Position numbers and translations under genes: made by a program. Under the pieces are notes generated by a model, which did not search any database, was not told the origin of the DNA, and saw only the letters and a program-made list of their open reading frames with translations. From the NCBI GenBank assembly GCA_964632485.1, contig CAZWDO010000002.1, forward strand, positions 248,001 to 312,000: a DNA stretch of 64,000 nucleotides, read 5' to 3'. This document shows positions 9,841 through 20,499 of this stretch, in pieces. Source of the stretch: an uncultured bacterium (lineage in GTDB: Bacteria; JAGOEH01). Numbering within the stretch: the stretch's first letter is position 1; each line of letters begins with the position of its first letter.

Positions 9841-10938
9841 TTGGTGCGTATTATATTTGTGAACTGGCATGATTGGTTTCATACCAAAGCGGGTGGAGCT
9901 GAAATTTATCTGAAAGAACTGGTTCAACGACTCTCTGCCGCCGGGAATGAAATAATGGTCGTCTGCAGTAATTCCCCGGGGCATCCCGCTCAGGAAACCC
10001 TCGATGGCATTCGATTCATACGCCTTGGCAACCGCTATAATTTTAATTTTAAATATTATCGGCAGGCAAAAAAAATAATCCGCGAGTTTTCCCCGGACAT
10101 AATCATCGACGATCAGAACAAATTGCCTTTGTTGTCTCCTTTGTTCACGGATCGTCCAGTGATATGTATGATCATGCATCTTTTCAAGAAAGCGATTTTT
10201 CGTGAATCAATTTTTCCGATTGCTCTGGGTGTTTATATTGCGGAAAAGCTGATTCCGCGTATCTACCGGAATTGTCAGTTTACGGTTTTGGGTCAAAGCG
10301 GCAAAAACGATATAGAAGGTATGGGAATTACGCCTGAACATATCCATGTGATTGAACCCGGGGTCGATTTATCCAATTTTTTACCGGCGATGACCCATGA
10401 TTCCTATTTTTTATGTCTCGGACGTTTACGCCGTTATAAATCGGTGGATCATATTTTTATCGCTATGGATCTGTTGCGCGCGGAAGGGATTCATACAACC
10501 TTGAAAGTTGTCGGCACGGGGGATGACAGCGCGCGTTTAAAAAAAATAGCCCGGAAATTACGCTTGGAAGATCAGGTCGAGTTCACTGGATACGTAACGA
10601 ACGATCGAGCCTTGGAGCTTTATCAACGCGCCTATGCCATCATCCAACCTTCAAGAAAAGAAGGATGGGGTCTTTCTGTTATCGAAGCCGGCGCTTGCCA
10701 GGTTCCGGCGATAGCCGCTGATGTCGAAGGCTTGCGCGATTCTGTCCGGCATGAACAGACTGGTTTTTTATACGAATGGGGGAATATCGAACAATTATCC
10801 GCCGCAATGAAGCGTTTGATACAGGATGTCCCGCTGCGCGAGCGCCTGGCTGAAGGCAACCTGCAATGGTCAGCGCGTTTTACATGGGATCAGGCCGCTG
10901 GAAAATTGATTGATTTGATTTCAACTTTTCAAAAATAA
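9841..10938 (+). CDS. Glycosyltransferase family 4
   Basis: AGGAEIY, LGRLRRYK, PSRKEGWGLSVIEA; GAGGAG RBS (true start may be GTG at 9844). Confidence 0.9.
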   Translation: MVRIIFVNWHDWFHTKAGGAEIYLKELVQRLSAAGNEIMVVCSNSPGHPAQETLDGIRFIRLGNRYNFNFKYYRQAKKIIREFSPDIIIDDQNKLPLLSPLFTDRPVICMIMHLFKKAIFRESIFPIALGVYIAEKLIPRIYRNCQFTVLGQSGKNDIEGMGITPEHIHVIEPGVDLSNFLPAMTHDSYFLCLGRLRRYKSVDHIFIAMDLLRAEGIHTTLKVVGTGDDSARLKKIARKLRLEDQVEFTGYVTNDRALELYQRAYAIIQPSRKEGWGLSVIEAGACQVPAIAADVEGLRDSVRHEQTGFLYEWGNIEQLSAAMKRLIQDVPLRERLAEGNLQWSARFTWDQAAGKLIDLISTFQK

Positions 10939-11167
10939 ATATTCAAGCATATAAAAAATAGTTTTAAATCTTGACAAATTAAAAAACTTATATCATTATT
11001 GATTAAAGTCCGGATCTTAATTTCATAATATTCGGCGTTACTGATCCCGGTTTGAGATGTTCCGCGTGAATGTAAAGAGTTATTTTTCTATTAACCGTCA
11101 AAAATTGTAAAACATGGATGTCCGGATAGCTGGGTATAATATTAAAAATGTAACCTGGGAGAACAGA

Positions 11168-12388
11168 ATGAGTCATTACAATCCTGAGCAAGCGATTTGG
11201 AACGTTCGTCGCGAATTTGGCGAACATGGTGGAGTAACCCCTTCGGTTGAGCGTTCAGCAACGTTTACCGTCATCGATCCCGGCACCATGCCGGAGATTT
11301 TTGCGGGCGTGCGGGGTCCGGATAGGGGGGGGTGTTTTTTATATAGCCGTCATTTTAATCCGACTGTGGATGTATTAGACCGCTATTTAGCGGCAATGGA
11401 AGGCACGGAAGCGTGTGTTTCCACTGCCAGCGGGATGGCGGCGATTACCTGCGCGATTTTACAGATTTGCCGTAATGGCGACCATATTGTAGCCAGCGAT
11501 ACTGTCTATGGCGGCACCCATGCCTTACTGCAGGACCTTTTACCCCAATTGGGGATCACGACCACCTTTGTGTGTCCCACCGAACTGAGTGAATTTGAGC
11601 AGGCGATTCAGGCGAATACTAAAATTATTTATACGGAAACAATCGGAAATCCAACCTTGAAAATTGCCAATATATCCAAATTGGCGGAACTGGCGCGACT
11701 GCGGGGAGCCAAGTTGGTTGTGGATAACACTTTTTCGCCAATGATGATCACGCCTTCCCGACTGGGCGCCGATATTGTGGTCTATTCCATGACTAAATTT
11801 ATCAACGGGGCCAGCGATTTGATCGCGGGCGCGATTTGCGCCAGCCGCGAGTTCATTTACCAATTGATGGACCTGCACACCGGCCGTGTGATGCTTTTTG
11901 GACCGACGATGGACCCTCGCGTAGCCTATGACATTATCCAACGGTTGCCGCATCTCGCATTGCGGATGAAAGAACATGGACGCCGGGCGCAAGCCATTGC
12001 TGAATATCTGGAAAAAATCGGCGCGCCGGTGCGTTATCCCGGTCTGCCAAGCCATCCGCAATACTCGCTGCTTCAATCAATGCTCAATGATGGGTTCGGC
12101 TTTGGGGGTATGTTGACCCTCAATTGTCAAACTCGTGAAAAAGCGGAACAATTGATGGCGGTTTTGCAAAATGAGGAACGTTTTGGCTATATCGCCGTCT
12201 CCTTAGGCTATTTCGATACCTTGATGTCCTGTTCCGGGTCTTCTACTTCATCGGAAATTTCTCCTGAATTACAAACAAAAATGGACTTGTCCCCGGGATT
12301 GTTGCGAATTTCTATCGGTTTGACCGGAGATTTATCCGCCCGAATTGAACAAATTGAACGCGGACTGCGTAAATGTAATATGGTTTAA
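11168..12388 (+). CDS. Cys/Met metabolism PLP enzyme (methionine gamma-lyase-like)
   Basis: YSRHFNPT, ASGMAAI, YGGT, VDNTF, SMTKF (PLP Lys), LLRISIG. Start placed at MSHYN after GGGAG. Confidence 0.85.
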   Translation: MSHYNPEQAIWNVRREFGEHGGVTPSVERSATFTVIDPGTMPEIFAGVRGPDRGGCFLYSRHFNPTVDVLDRYLAAMEGTEACVSTASGMAAITCAILQICRNGDHIVASDTVYGGTHALLQDLLPQLGITTTFVCPTELSEFEQAIQANTKIIYTETIGNPTLKIANISKLAELARLRGAKLVVDNTFSPMMITPSRLGADIVVYSMTKFINGASDLIAGAICASREFIYQLMDLHTGRVMLFGPTMDPRVAYDIIQRLPHLALRMKEHGRRAQAIAEYLEKIGAPVRYPGLPSHPQYSLLQSMLNDGFGFGGMLTLNCQTREKAEQLMAVLQNEERFGYIAVSLGYFDTLMSCSGSSTSSEISPELQTKMDLSPGLLRISIGLTGDLSARIEQIERGLRKCNMV

Positions 12389-12450
12389 CTGGCCGGGAGC
12401 CCAGGTTCTCAATTTATTGAAAGACTCTATTTGGATCGGAGCTCATTTCT

Positions 12451-13488
12451 ATGATTATGCGATGGATATTGTTTTGGTGTTTACTCATGCTGTGTTTTTG
12501 TGGCATTTGGCGTCCCACGATCCGCTATGATGTTATCCGCGATGGCCGGTACGATACGGAATTCCCTTATCGTTCATGCGCTTCTGAGCTTAACACTATA
12601 TTTGGCAGCGTAAAAAAATTACATTGCATCGTTGAATACCGCTATTATCGCTTCGCCATCGAAAAAAAAATTACCCGCGAAGATTTAACCGATTTTTTTA
12701 TCAATAAACGCGCTGCGTATGCGGATCATGAAGTCCAATCCGTTTTTGGAACAGCCCTGGTAATTTCGAATCACAATGGGTATATCGGCTTGATGACATG
12801 CGCCCATGTTGTGGACTTTCCCGATACGGTCATTCAATACTTTGATTATGATTCGGTTTATGTTAAAAGTATCGCTTTCAAAATTAAACAACGCCATATC
12901 ATTTACGATGTTCCTGAGGGCGGTGATTTTGAATTGCTGATTAAAGACAGTTTTTTCGATATCGCTTTGCTGGGTCGGCAATTTACAATGGAGGAATCGA
13001 TCCAGATACCCGTATTCGGTTATCCTCTCGGAAAGGCCAGGGAATTGGAATTGGGGAATTTTCTGTATGTTTTGGGATATCCCTTAGGCAATCCCATGAT
13101 CACACAGGGATTGGTCAGTAATCCCGGCCGCTCCAAAGAAGGTCATTTCCTGATTGACGCCCTGTTTAATCGCGGTTATAGCGGGGGTATCGTTCTGGCA
13201 ATCCGCGATGGCGCGCCCAATTTTGAATTGATGGGAATCGTTAAATCGGTATCAGCAGAAACTTATTGGGAACTCCGACCCTCGAATGGCCATATAGATG
13301 CGCAGACTGTTACGGAACGCTTGCCCTATACGGGCCCCCTGTTTGTGGAAAATCAAACCAATATCCGCTACGGTATTACCTTCACCGTTCCCATTGAACT
13401 CATAATTCGGTTTTTAAAGACACATGAACCGTTTCTTGAATCCAAGGGATTTTATCTCAAAGACTGGTTGAAAAAAGGAAATAGCTAA
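12451..13488 (+). CDS. Secreted trypsin-like (S1) serine protease
   Basis: Triad motifs TCAHVV, DIALL and NRGYSGG; hydrophobic N-terminus. Confidence 0.75.
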   Translation: MIMRWILFWCLLMLCFCGIWRPTIRYDVIRDGRYDTEFPYRSCASELNTIFGSVKKLHCIVEYRYYRFAIEKKITREDLTDFFINKRAAYADHEVQSVFGTALVISNHNGYIGLMTCAHVVDFPDTVIQYFDYDSVYVKSIAFKIKQRHIIYDVPEGGDFELLIKDSFFDIALLGRQFTMEESIQIPVFGYPLGKARELELGNFLYVLGYPLGNPMITQGLVSNPGRSKEGHFLIDALFNRGYSGGIVLAIRDGAPNFELMGIVKSVSAETYWELRPSNGHIDAQTVTERLPYTGPLFVENQTNIRYGITFTVPIELIIRFLKTHEPFLESKGFYLKDWLKKGNS

Positions 13489-13715
13489 TCGGTTGGCATT
13501 GATTTTGAATTTTGAATAGGATGCTTCGGAATGCGTCCACCTGCTTCTAACCGAAAGGGTGAAGAAATGCGTTTGATTACCCGGCGCGGGAATCCCCAGG
13601 ATCAGAAATTCAGATGCCGGGGAGCAATAATAACTGAGATGATTTACAGTCTAACAGTTTCCGTCACCGTGCGGGGTATCATTATGAATTATGTCAAATC
13701 GAGTATTATGTGGCG

Positions 13716-15440
13716 CTATTTAATCAATGTGATGCGCTCACGCCAGATGGTGACCGGTCCGTTCCTTAATTGTAGAAAATAGATGCTCGGCGGAAGCTCC
13801 GGCAAATGGAGAGTCGTTGCGCTCCCTGTAGCTCCGTTGGCATACGGTATAGCGGATGAATATATTTTTTCTCCGAGCAGGTTGAAAATTTCAAGTGTGT
13901 TATAGGGGAGTGCTGTGGAGATTTTAATTTCGTTGCGTAAGGGATTGGGATAGATTTTAACTTGGGGAATCAGTGTTTGAGATTCCGCCACAGAGATAAC
14001 TTCTTCACTTTTAATGAAAATCAGCAGTACCGAGGGGGCTGATTGATTCTGGATAACCAGTGTTGTATCGTCAGACCAGGTCATTTGAGTAAATGCGCTA
14101 AGTTTTTTATCGGGACCTTTGATCTGCCAGGCCTCGCATTCAGGGGATTGTCGAAATTGGGCAGGCAAATTGTTGAAAGTGATTCGATAGAGCTGCCGGT
14201 CGCTGTTGTAATTGGAAATCAAGGCGCCGATTTCCCGGCCATCCTCGCTCATTCCTGCCATCAATGAAAGGTGGGTCGTATCGGTTTGCATATCGCTCTC
14301 AACCAGCAGATCGCCGTCGCTGGCGATTTGCCGGGGCGTTCGGGTGATGAGCTGATGAACCGCTTTGAAGGCATAGGCGCTCCATTTGTAGCGCTGAGGC
14401 GCGCCGGGCGCTGCCTCGCTATCAAAAAATCCCAGTCCGGGATACCAGATAATGCGGTCTATCGGCGCGTTTTGGGCCACGATCTGGTGCGCCGCATAAT
14501 AAGCCGCGCCTTGCGGACTGTCGCTGAAGGCGGCAATTGTTTCATCCAACTCATTGTTGATCTCTGAAATATGGCTTTCAGCCTCTGAAAAACCATAGCG
14601 GTCCAGTACGCGACGGATTGAAACCGCGATGATCCGTAGAAACTAGGGATTCTTGATGCCATAGGAATGCCATGAGTAAAAATCCAATCCGATCTGATTT
14701 TGTTGTAAATAATTTAAAAAACTTTCCCGATAAGCTTTACTAACGCCCAACGTCGTCAGGGGCACCGCTCCCGGCGCGCCGACGTTTAATGCGGGGTCAA
14801 AGCTCTTCAGGGAATCATATACCTGCTGGTAAAGGTGATAATAATCCGTACTGTCGCCTACCCAAAACAGATTGTTTTTGGGTTCGTTCCATACTTCCCA
14901 GTAGCGGACATTCTGGTTTAATCCTTCGGCCCAGGAGCCGTTGATGTGCATGACGGTGCGTTTACAAACCTGGGCAAAGCGATTAAAGCTACGTCCATCC
15001 ATATCAAAGGGCGGTGTTACCGGCGGGGTCGGATAATTGGTATTCAGCGACCAACTGATTCCCAGTCGAAAATAGACTTCAAAGCCATTGTCAATAATAT
15101 CATGGATTTGCGCGTCGGTAGTTTCCCAATGGTAATGAGCCGTATTAAGAGGGTCAAAAGCGGGATTGAGTACATGGTAGGCATTTTGCGCGGTATCCAA
15201 TAACCAGAAATCAGTATAAATATGATAATCACACGAAATATGATAATCATGGGTGCGGATCAGAGAAACCCCGATTTCGGAAAATTCGGTTTGCAGTCCC
15301 TGGGGTCCCCGGTTAACGCCCATTATCGATTTCAATTCGCCGGTTTGGCGACTGCAATCGATTCTCAGCTCCTGTAATTGAGCTAAACAGGTTCCATACC
15401 ATAAACTGATGAGAAATAGCAACAAATATAAATGATTCAT
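13716..15440 (-). pseudogene. GH39-like glycoside hydrolase with T9SS/Por C-terminal sorting domain, interrupted by one in-frame TAG (14643-14645)
   Basis: Signal peptide, LIRTHD, YWEVWNEP. The frame continues KNP*FLRIIAVSIRRVLDRYGFSEAESHISEINNE into ORF 13716..14549, which ends with IYPNP..IFNLLGE..IYFLQL. Confidence 0.75.
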
Positions 15441-15541
15441 CCTTGCCTCCTTGTTGAGTTGTCTATCGAAAGGTATTATTAGAATTCTTAGGGTTGGGTT
15501 TCAGCGCGGATAGTTTAATAATGCAATTTGCAATTAAAAAA

Positions 15542-16366
15542 TTATGGGAAAAGTTCATGAATATCCAATTCAAAAATTAACGGCCAATATTTTCCTGTCA
15601 CAAATAATCGTTTTTCTTTGGGATTGTAGGCAATCCCGTTTAACACATCCACGTGCTCATCCGAAGAAATGTAGTCATAAAGGGGGTCAAGATCGACCCA
15701 ACCTAAGACTGAACCGTCGCGGGGATCAATACGGACAATCATTTTTGATAGCCATACATTGGCCCAAATTTCACTTTCCACCCATTCCAATTCATTGAGG
15801 TTTGGTACGGGCCGTCCTTGGTCCCGCGCCTCAATTTCGCGAATGATTGCGAAGCTGGTCGGATCGCGAAAATAGAGGGTGGCGCTGCCATTGCTCATAA
15901 TAAGCGACTGTGGCCCGGTCGCCAGTCCCCAGCCTTCTCCGTTATAGCGCAGTGAGGGCAGTCGCTCTAAATCGGGCAGATTGTAGATGAGGCACCGCCC
16001 TTCACGCCAGGTCAATTGATAAATTTTATCGTTCCAAATCGCGATCCCTTCGGCAAAATAGGCGCTTTCGATCCCGCGGGCCGCCAATTCTTTTCCCTGA
16101 GGATATGACATTACCCGTAACGCCGAGCGTCCGTAATTGCCGCTACTTTCATAAAATTTGTTCTGATGAATCAGCAGTCCTTGCGTAAATACTTCCGTAT
16201 TGTGTTCAATCGTATTTTTAATGCGGGCGCGCCATACCCGTGGATTCGAGGATACCTTCTCATCCTTTTTCAATGCTCCGGGTGGATGACCCGATTTTTT
16301 TTTATCTTTGCAGCATAAACCGAGGCCCAGGGATAAAACAAATACGAAAAAAAACTCCAGCTTCAA
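15542..16366 (-). CDS. Glutaminyl-peptide cyclotransferase (lipoprotein)
   Basis: FTQGL, YESSG.YG, FAEGI, QLTW, EGWGL, LNELE, ANVW, VLNGIAY, TGKYWP; lipobox-like LGLC. Confidence 0.92.
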   Translation of the reverse strand: MKLEFFFVFVLSLGLGLCCKDKKKSGHPPGALKKDEKVSSNPRVWRARIKNTIEHNTEVFTQGLLIHQNKFYESSGNYGRSALRVMSYPQGKELAARGIESAYFAEGIAIWNDKIYQLTWREGRCLIYNLPDLERLPSLRYNGEGWGLATGPQSLIMSNGSATLYFRDPTSFAIIREIEARDQGRPVPNLNELEWVESEIWANVWLSKMIVRIDPRDGSVLGWVDLDPLYDYISSDEHVDVLNGIAYNPKEKRLFVTGKYWPLIFELDIHELFP

Positions 16367-16367
16367 A

Positions 16368-17640
16368 TCATTTCGCTTTCTTCAGCAATGGCTTCAGGGG
16401 CGAACCATCGCCATCAAGGTTGTCAGGGATTGGTAATTTCAGTATTTCTGCGATAAAGGGATAGATTTCGATATTACAAAATGGCTCAAGTCTGAGACCC
16501 GCTTGGATGTTTGGCCCACTTGCATAAAAAATTCCATCCATATTCGGGCATTTCAATGGATCATACCCATGCATGCCTTTCAAAGTCTGATAGGGATTAT
16601 TCTCGCCATCACTGAGGATATAGGGCGGGTCCATATCAATGATTAAATCAGCGATGCGGGGATCCCCCTGGTAGCGCAGCCGCCGGGGAATCGTTTTTTG
16701 CGAATAAATGGAAAANNNNNNNNNNTGACAGGAGATGATAGAGGCTGTCAACGACCAGAGAATCGTCTTCATAAATCAGGGCCTGGGTGCTGGAACTATA
16801 GGCTTTGAATCGTTTTGTGTCGATCAGTTGATCTAAATAGATCATGGTATCGGTATTGATGTTCTGCATGCCGTGGTCGGAAAGGATAATCGTGTTTATC
16901 GGCAGATTCAGTTGCCGCAGTTTTTCTTCCAATTGCGCGAGCGCCTGGTCAATCTCCATAACCGCTGTCACTAATTGGGGGGAGTCTGTTCCGTACCAAT
17001 GGCCAATTTTGTCAACTTCCGCAAAGTAAAGGGTGACAAAATGGGGGCGGCGATCAGCAGGCAAGGAAAACCATTCCACAATCTGCCGGATACGTTTATC
17101 GTAAGGCATGTCGGCATTATAGAGATAATACCACGAGGGACGAATACCATTGATAGCTGCTTCCGAACCAACCCAGAAGAGACAGGCGCTGCCAATCTCT
17201 TGTTCTTCGGCCAGAACCCACAACGGTTTCCCGCGATACCAACTGCCGTCTTCTACGGCCGATCGGTTTAAAATTGAATACTCCTGTTTTCTTTTTTTAT
17301 CCCAGAATCGATTATCCACAATGCCGTGGTGGGCCGGATAAAGACCGGTGATGATACTGTAATGATTGGGAAAGGTTTTACTGGGATATACGGATATCAG
17401 GGCTTGGGCGGAGGATCCGTTTTCCCGGAACCGGCTGAGATAGGGCGGATGGAAGCGGTCGGTATAGTCATAGCGGTAGGCATCGATCGATATGACTAAA
17501 AAATAGGGCAGGGAGTCCGTGTCTTGCCTATGTGTGGATTGTGTGTTGTGGATCAGCGGGTAACGGGACGTTTGACAATAAAATCCATACCCCAGGACGA
17601 TGATTGTCAACACGGCGCGAATATAGAGTCTATTGCCCAT
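16368..17640 (-). CDS. Ectonucleotide pyrophosphatase/phosphodiesterase (alkaline phosphatase superfamily), spanning an assembly gap
   Basis: ISIDAYR, PSKTFPNHYSIITG, DKIGHWYG, SDHGM, then GMHGYD..GIFYASGP after the N-run. Confidence 0.85.
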
Positions 17641-17706
17641 AAAAAAAATCCTCTTTTAAAGTTATTTTGGCGTAGATGCTACCATTTACAAAAAAATCTA
17701 TTTGTT

Positions 17707-17750
17707 GTCATTCCCGCCTCCGAACCGGAATCCCCGGAGAAATGGATTTT
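17707..17750. repeat. Degenerate REP-like palindromic element
   Basis: GTCATTCCCGCCTCCGAACCGGAATCC...TGGATT resembles GTCATTCCCGC..GGGAATC-type extragenic palindromes. Confidence 0.35.
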
Positions 17751-17904
17751 CCGTTAAACTCATTAAGCAATCATTGGGATTACAGATCGCAGTTACTAAA
17801 TATAATTGAAATCATCTCTTTTGTCAAAATATATTTTAATTTGAGCTTGATTTTTTTTATTTTTTTCATTAATATGTTGAAAACTTGAACGCAAGGAGGA
17901 ATCA

Positions 17905-19605
17905 ATGCGTAAGATGATGTACCGATTAACCTTGGGTGTTTTTGTCCTGTTAAGCGCCCTGATGGTTTTGCTAATGTGTGGAAAAAATGAATTCGCGGAG
18001 GAAAACGTGCGCGCTTTTATCAACGATCTCGAACAGCGCCTGAAACCCCTTTCCATTGCAGCTAACCAGGCCTATTTCGATGCCTCGATAAGCGGAGACG
18101 AAGCTGATTACAAAAAATCGGAAACCGCTCAGATTCAATTTGAAAAAGCCTTAGCCAATAGAGATGATTTTGACAAAATTAAAAAATATCGTGAAAAAGC
18201 GATCTTGACGGATTCGGTTTTAAAACGGGAACTTGATGTGTATTATCTGATGTTTCTTGGTAAACAATTGCCGGAAGAACAATTGTCGAAGTTGATTGAA
18301 AAACAAACTGCCGTGGAAGCTAAATATAATACCTTTCGCGTCCAGTATAACGGTGAATCGGTAACGGACAATCGTGTCGAGGAGATTCTTAAAACCGAGA
18401 CCGATTCGCGTAAGCTGCAGGATATTTGGGAAAATAGTAAGAAAATTGGGGAACTTGTGGCGGCCGATATAATCGAACTGGTCCGTTTACGCAATGAAAT
18501 TGCTACGGCCCTGGGTTACGCCAATTTTCATGCCATGGAACTGGCCTTGAGCGAACAGGACCCGCAACAAATAGAGCAGCTTTTTGATGAGCTTGATACA
18601 TTGACTCGCGATCGATTCGCTCAATTAAAGGGCGCGATTGATCAGACCTTATCTCAAAAGTACGGTATCAGACCCGAAGGAATGCAAGCCTGGCATTACC
18701 AGAACCGCTTTTTCCAGGAAGCTCCCGCCATATTCCCGGTTAATCTGGATCAGTACTATCAGGATCAGGATATTGCGCAACTCACACGCGATTATTACCA
18801 GGGCATCGGTTTGCCGATTGAAGATATTCTCGCAAAAAGTGATTTGTATGAAAAACCAGGGAAATTCCAGCACGCGTATTGTACGGATATTGACCGTCAA
18901 GGCGATGTGCGCGTTGTTTGCAATATTAAAGCTAACCAAAGCTGGATGGGTACGATGCTGCATGAAATGGGACATGCCGTATATTCGAAATATTATGATC
19001 AGAGGCTTCCTTGGATTTTGCATGATGCTGCCCATCCGTTTACAACCGAAGCCATCGCCATGATGATAGAGCGTATGGCGGTTAATGCCCAATGGATGAA
19101 GGAAATGGTGGGAATCAGCGAAGAAGAGTCGGAAAAAATTAGCGAGCCCGCTTTCAAATCCCTGCAATTGGAACAATTGGTATTCAGCCGCTGGGCGCAA
19201 GTGATGTACCGCTTTGAAAAATCTATGTATGAAAATCCCGACCAGGATTTGAATGCGCTTTGGTGGCAATTAGTGGAAAAATATCAGATGATCAAAGCGC
19301 CTGAGGGTCGCAACGCCCCGGATTGGGCTGCCAAAATCCATGTGGCCCTTTTTCCGGTATATTACCATAATTATCTAATGGGCGCAATTCTGGCCTCCCA
19401 ATTGCAATATTATATCGGACATACTGTTTTGGCCCAATCCGATCAACCCTCTCCCGCGCTTCTGAAAGATGCCCGCATCGGCCAATTCCTGACTGATAAA
19501 GTGTTTCACCCGGGCGCCCTCTATCCGTGGAACGAGATGATTGAAAAAGCTACCGGGGAAAAACTGACCGCAAAATATTATGCAAACCAGTTCGTTGGCA
19601 ACTAA
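17905..19605 (+). CDS. M2/M3-family zinc metallopeptidase (peptidyl-dipeptidase A-like), probable lipoprotein
   Basis: HEMGH plus downstream TEAIA, DWAAKIH, YYHNY; signal ending LMCG; AAGGAGG RBS. Confidence 0.85.
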   Translation: MRKMMYRLTLGVFVLLSALMVLLMCGKNEFAEENVRAFINDLEQRLKPLSIAANQAYFDASISGDEADYKKSETAQIQFEKALANRDDFDKIKKYREKAILTDSVLKRELDVYYLMFLGKQLPEEQLSKLIEKQTAVEAKYNTFRVQYNGESVTDNRVEEILKTETDSRKLQDIWENSKKIGELVAADIIELVRLRNEIATALGYANFHAMELALSEQDPQQIEQLFDELDTLTRDRFAQLKGAIDQTLSQKYGIRPEGMQAWHYQNRFFQEAPAIFPVNLDQYYQDQDIAQLTRDYYQGIGLPIEDILAKSDLYEKPGKFQHAYCTDIDRQGDVRVVCNIKANQSWMGTMLHEMGHAVYSKYYDQRLPWILHDAAHPFTTEAIAMMIERMAVNAQWMKEMVGISEEESEKISEPAFKSLQLEQLVFSRWAQVMYRFEKSMYENPDQDLNALWWQLVEKYQMIKAPEGRNAPDWAAKIHVALFPVYYHNYLMGAILASQLQYYIGHTVLAQSDQPSPALLKDARIGQFLTDKVFHPGALYPWNEMIEKATGEKLTAKYYANQFVGN

Positions 19606-19630
19606 TCAACTTACGATGAAAGGTCAATAT

Positions 19631-20485
19631 ATGGATGTTTTAAAATTTCTGATACCCAAAGGAAAAATTTTCGAATCGGTGATAGAGCTGTTTCACGATG
19701 TGGGTATCCAAATCAAGGTCAATGAACGCACCTATCGGCCGGTGCTTAGTATGGACGATCTGGAAGTGAAAATCATGAAACCCCAGAATATTCCGGCCAT
19801 TATCGGGTTGGGTACGCATGATGTGGGATTTACAGGTCTGGACTGGGTGGAAGAGACCAAATCAAATGTTGTTGATATTATGGATCTGGGTTTTGATCCG
19901 GTTCGGATAGTGGCGGCAGCGCCTGAACAAAGCAGCAAAGAATCACTGAAACAACGTAAAATCGTGGTCGCTTCCGAATATGTCGAATTAGCCCATCGTT
20001 ATTTAGAACGGGAACAGTATCAGTATGTTTTATTGCGAACACATGGCGCCACGGAGGTTTTTCCTCCCGACGATGCCGATATGATTATCGATAATTCGGC
20101 TTCAGGCCGCACACTGGTGGAAAACCATCTGCGCATTATTGACACGATCATGGAGTCTTCCACTCATTTTATCGCGTCACCTCAGGCCATGGAAAATCCT
20201 GAAAAAATGGACCGGATTCTGGAATTTAAGATGTTGTTCGAAGCGGTTATGCGGGCTCGAGGCCGGGTGATTCTGGAAATGAACGTCCCGAAAGATAAAT
20301 TGGAGCAAATTGTAAAAAGTTTGCCGTGTATGCGTTCACCAACGGTTTCCCCCTTATTTGGCGAAGAGGGATATGCCGTCAAAATTGCGGTTTCCCGTCT
20401 GGAAGTCCCCCGATTAGTACCTCAGCTTAAACGATTGGGCGCCACGGATATTTTGGAATATGACCTCCGCAAGGTTGTTTTATAA
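19631..20485 (+). CDS. hisG: ATP phosphoribosyltransferase (long form)
   Basis: IPKG, DVGFTGLD, GATE..P..ADMIID..SGRTL; C-terminal SPTVSPL regulatory domain. Confidence 0.92.
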   Translation: MDVLKFLIPKGKIFESVIELFHDVGIQIKVNERTYRPVLSMDDLEVKIMKPQNIPAIIGLGTHDVGFTGLDWVEETKSNVVDIMDLGFDPVRIVAAAPEQSSKESLKQRKIVVASEYVELAHRYLEREQYQYVLLRTHGATEVFPPDDADMIIDNSASGRTLVENHLRIIDTIMESSTHFIASPQAMENPEKMDRILEFKMLFEAVMRARGRVILEMNVPKDKLEQIVKSLPCMRSPTVSPLFGEEGYAVKIAVSRLEVPRLVPQLKRLGATDILEYDLRKVVL

Positions 20486-20499
20486 TAAGGAGTTATATT

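Noticed and set aside
9800-9862. 20-aa uORF overlapping the GT4 start
   Set aside because: No distinctive codon content; short ORFs like this arise by chance.
11000-11167. SAM riboswitch or T-box upstream of the Met gamma-lyase-like gene
   Set aside because: No SAM-I core, T-box motif or terminator is recognisable.
14643-14645. Genome-wide TAG reassignment
   Set aside because: TAG terminates other genes at plausible ends (nucleotidyltransferase 2504, GH97 36720, RecQ 54735, trp leader 40008).
16716-16725. Frameshifted phosphodiesterase pseudogene
   Set aside because: The frame change falls exactly on a 10-N scaffold gap, so it is an assembly artefact.
18243-19269. Antisense and alternate-frame ORFs here and over nifJ, trp and his genes
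   Set aside because: They are shadows of well-supported genes and have no recognisable motifs.
19560-19631. His attenuator or leader peptide
   Set aside because: Only 25 bp separate the peptidase stop from hisG; there is no His-codon run or hairpin.
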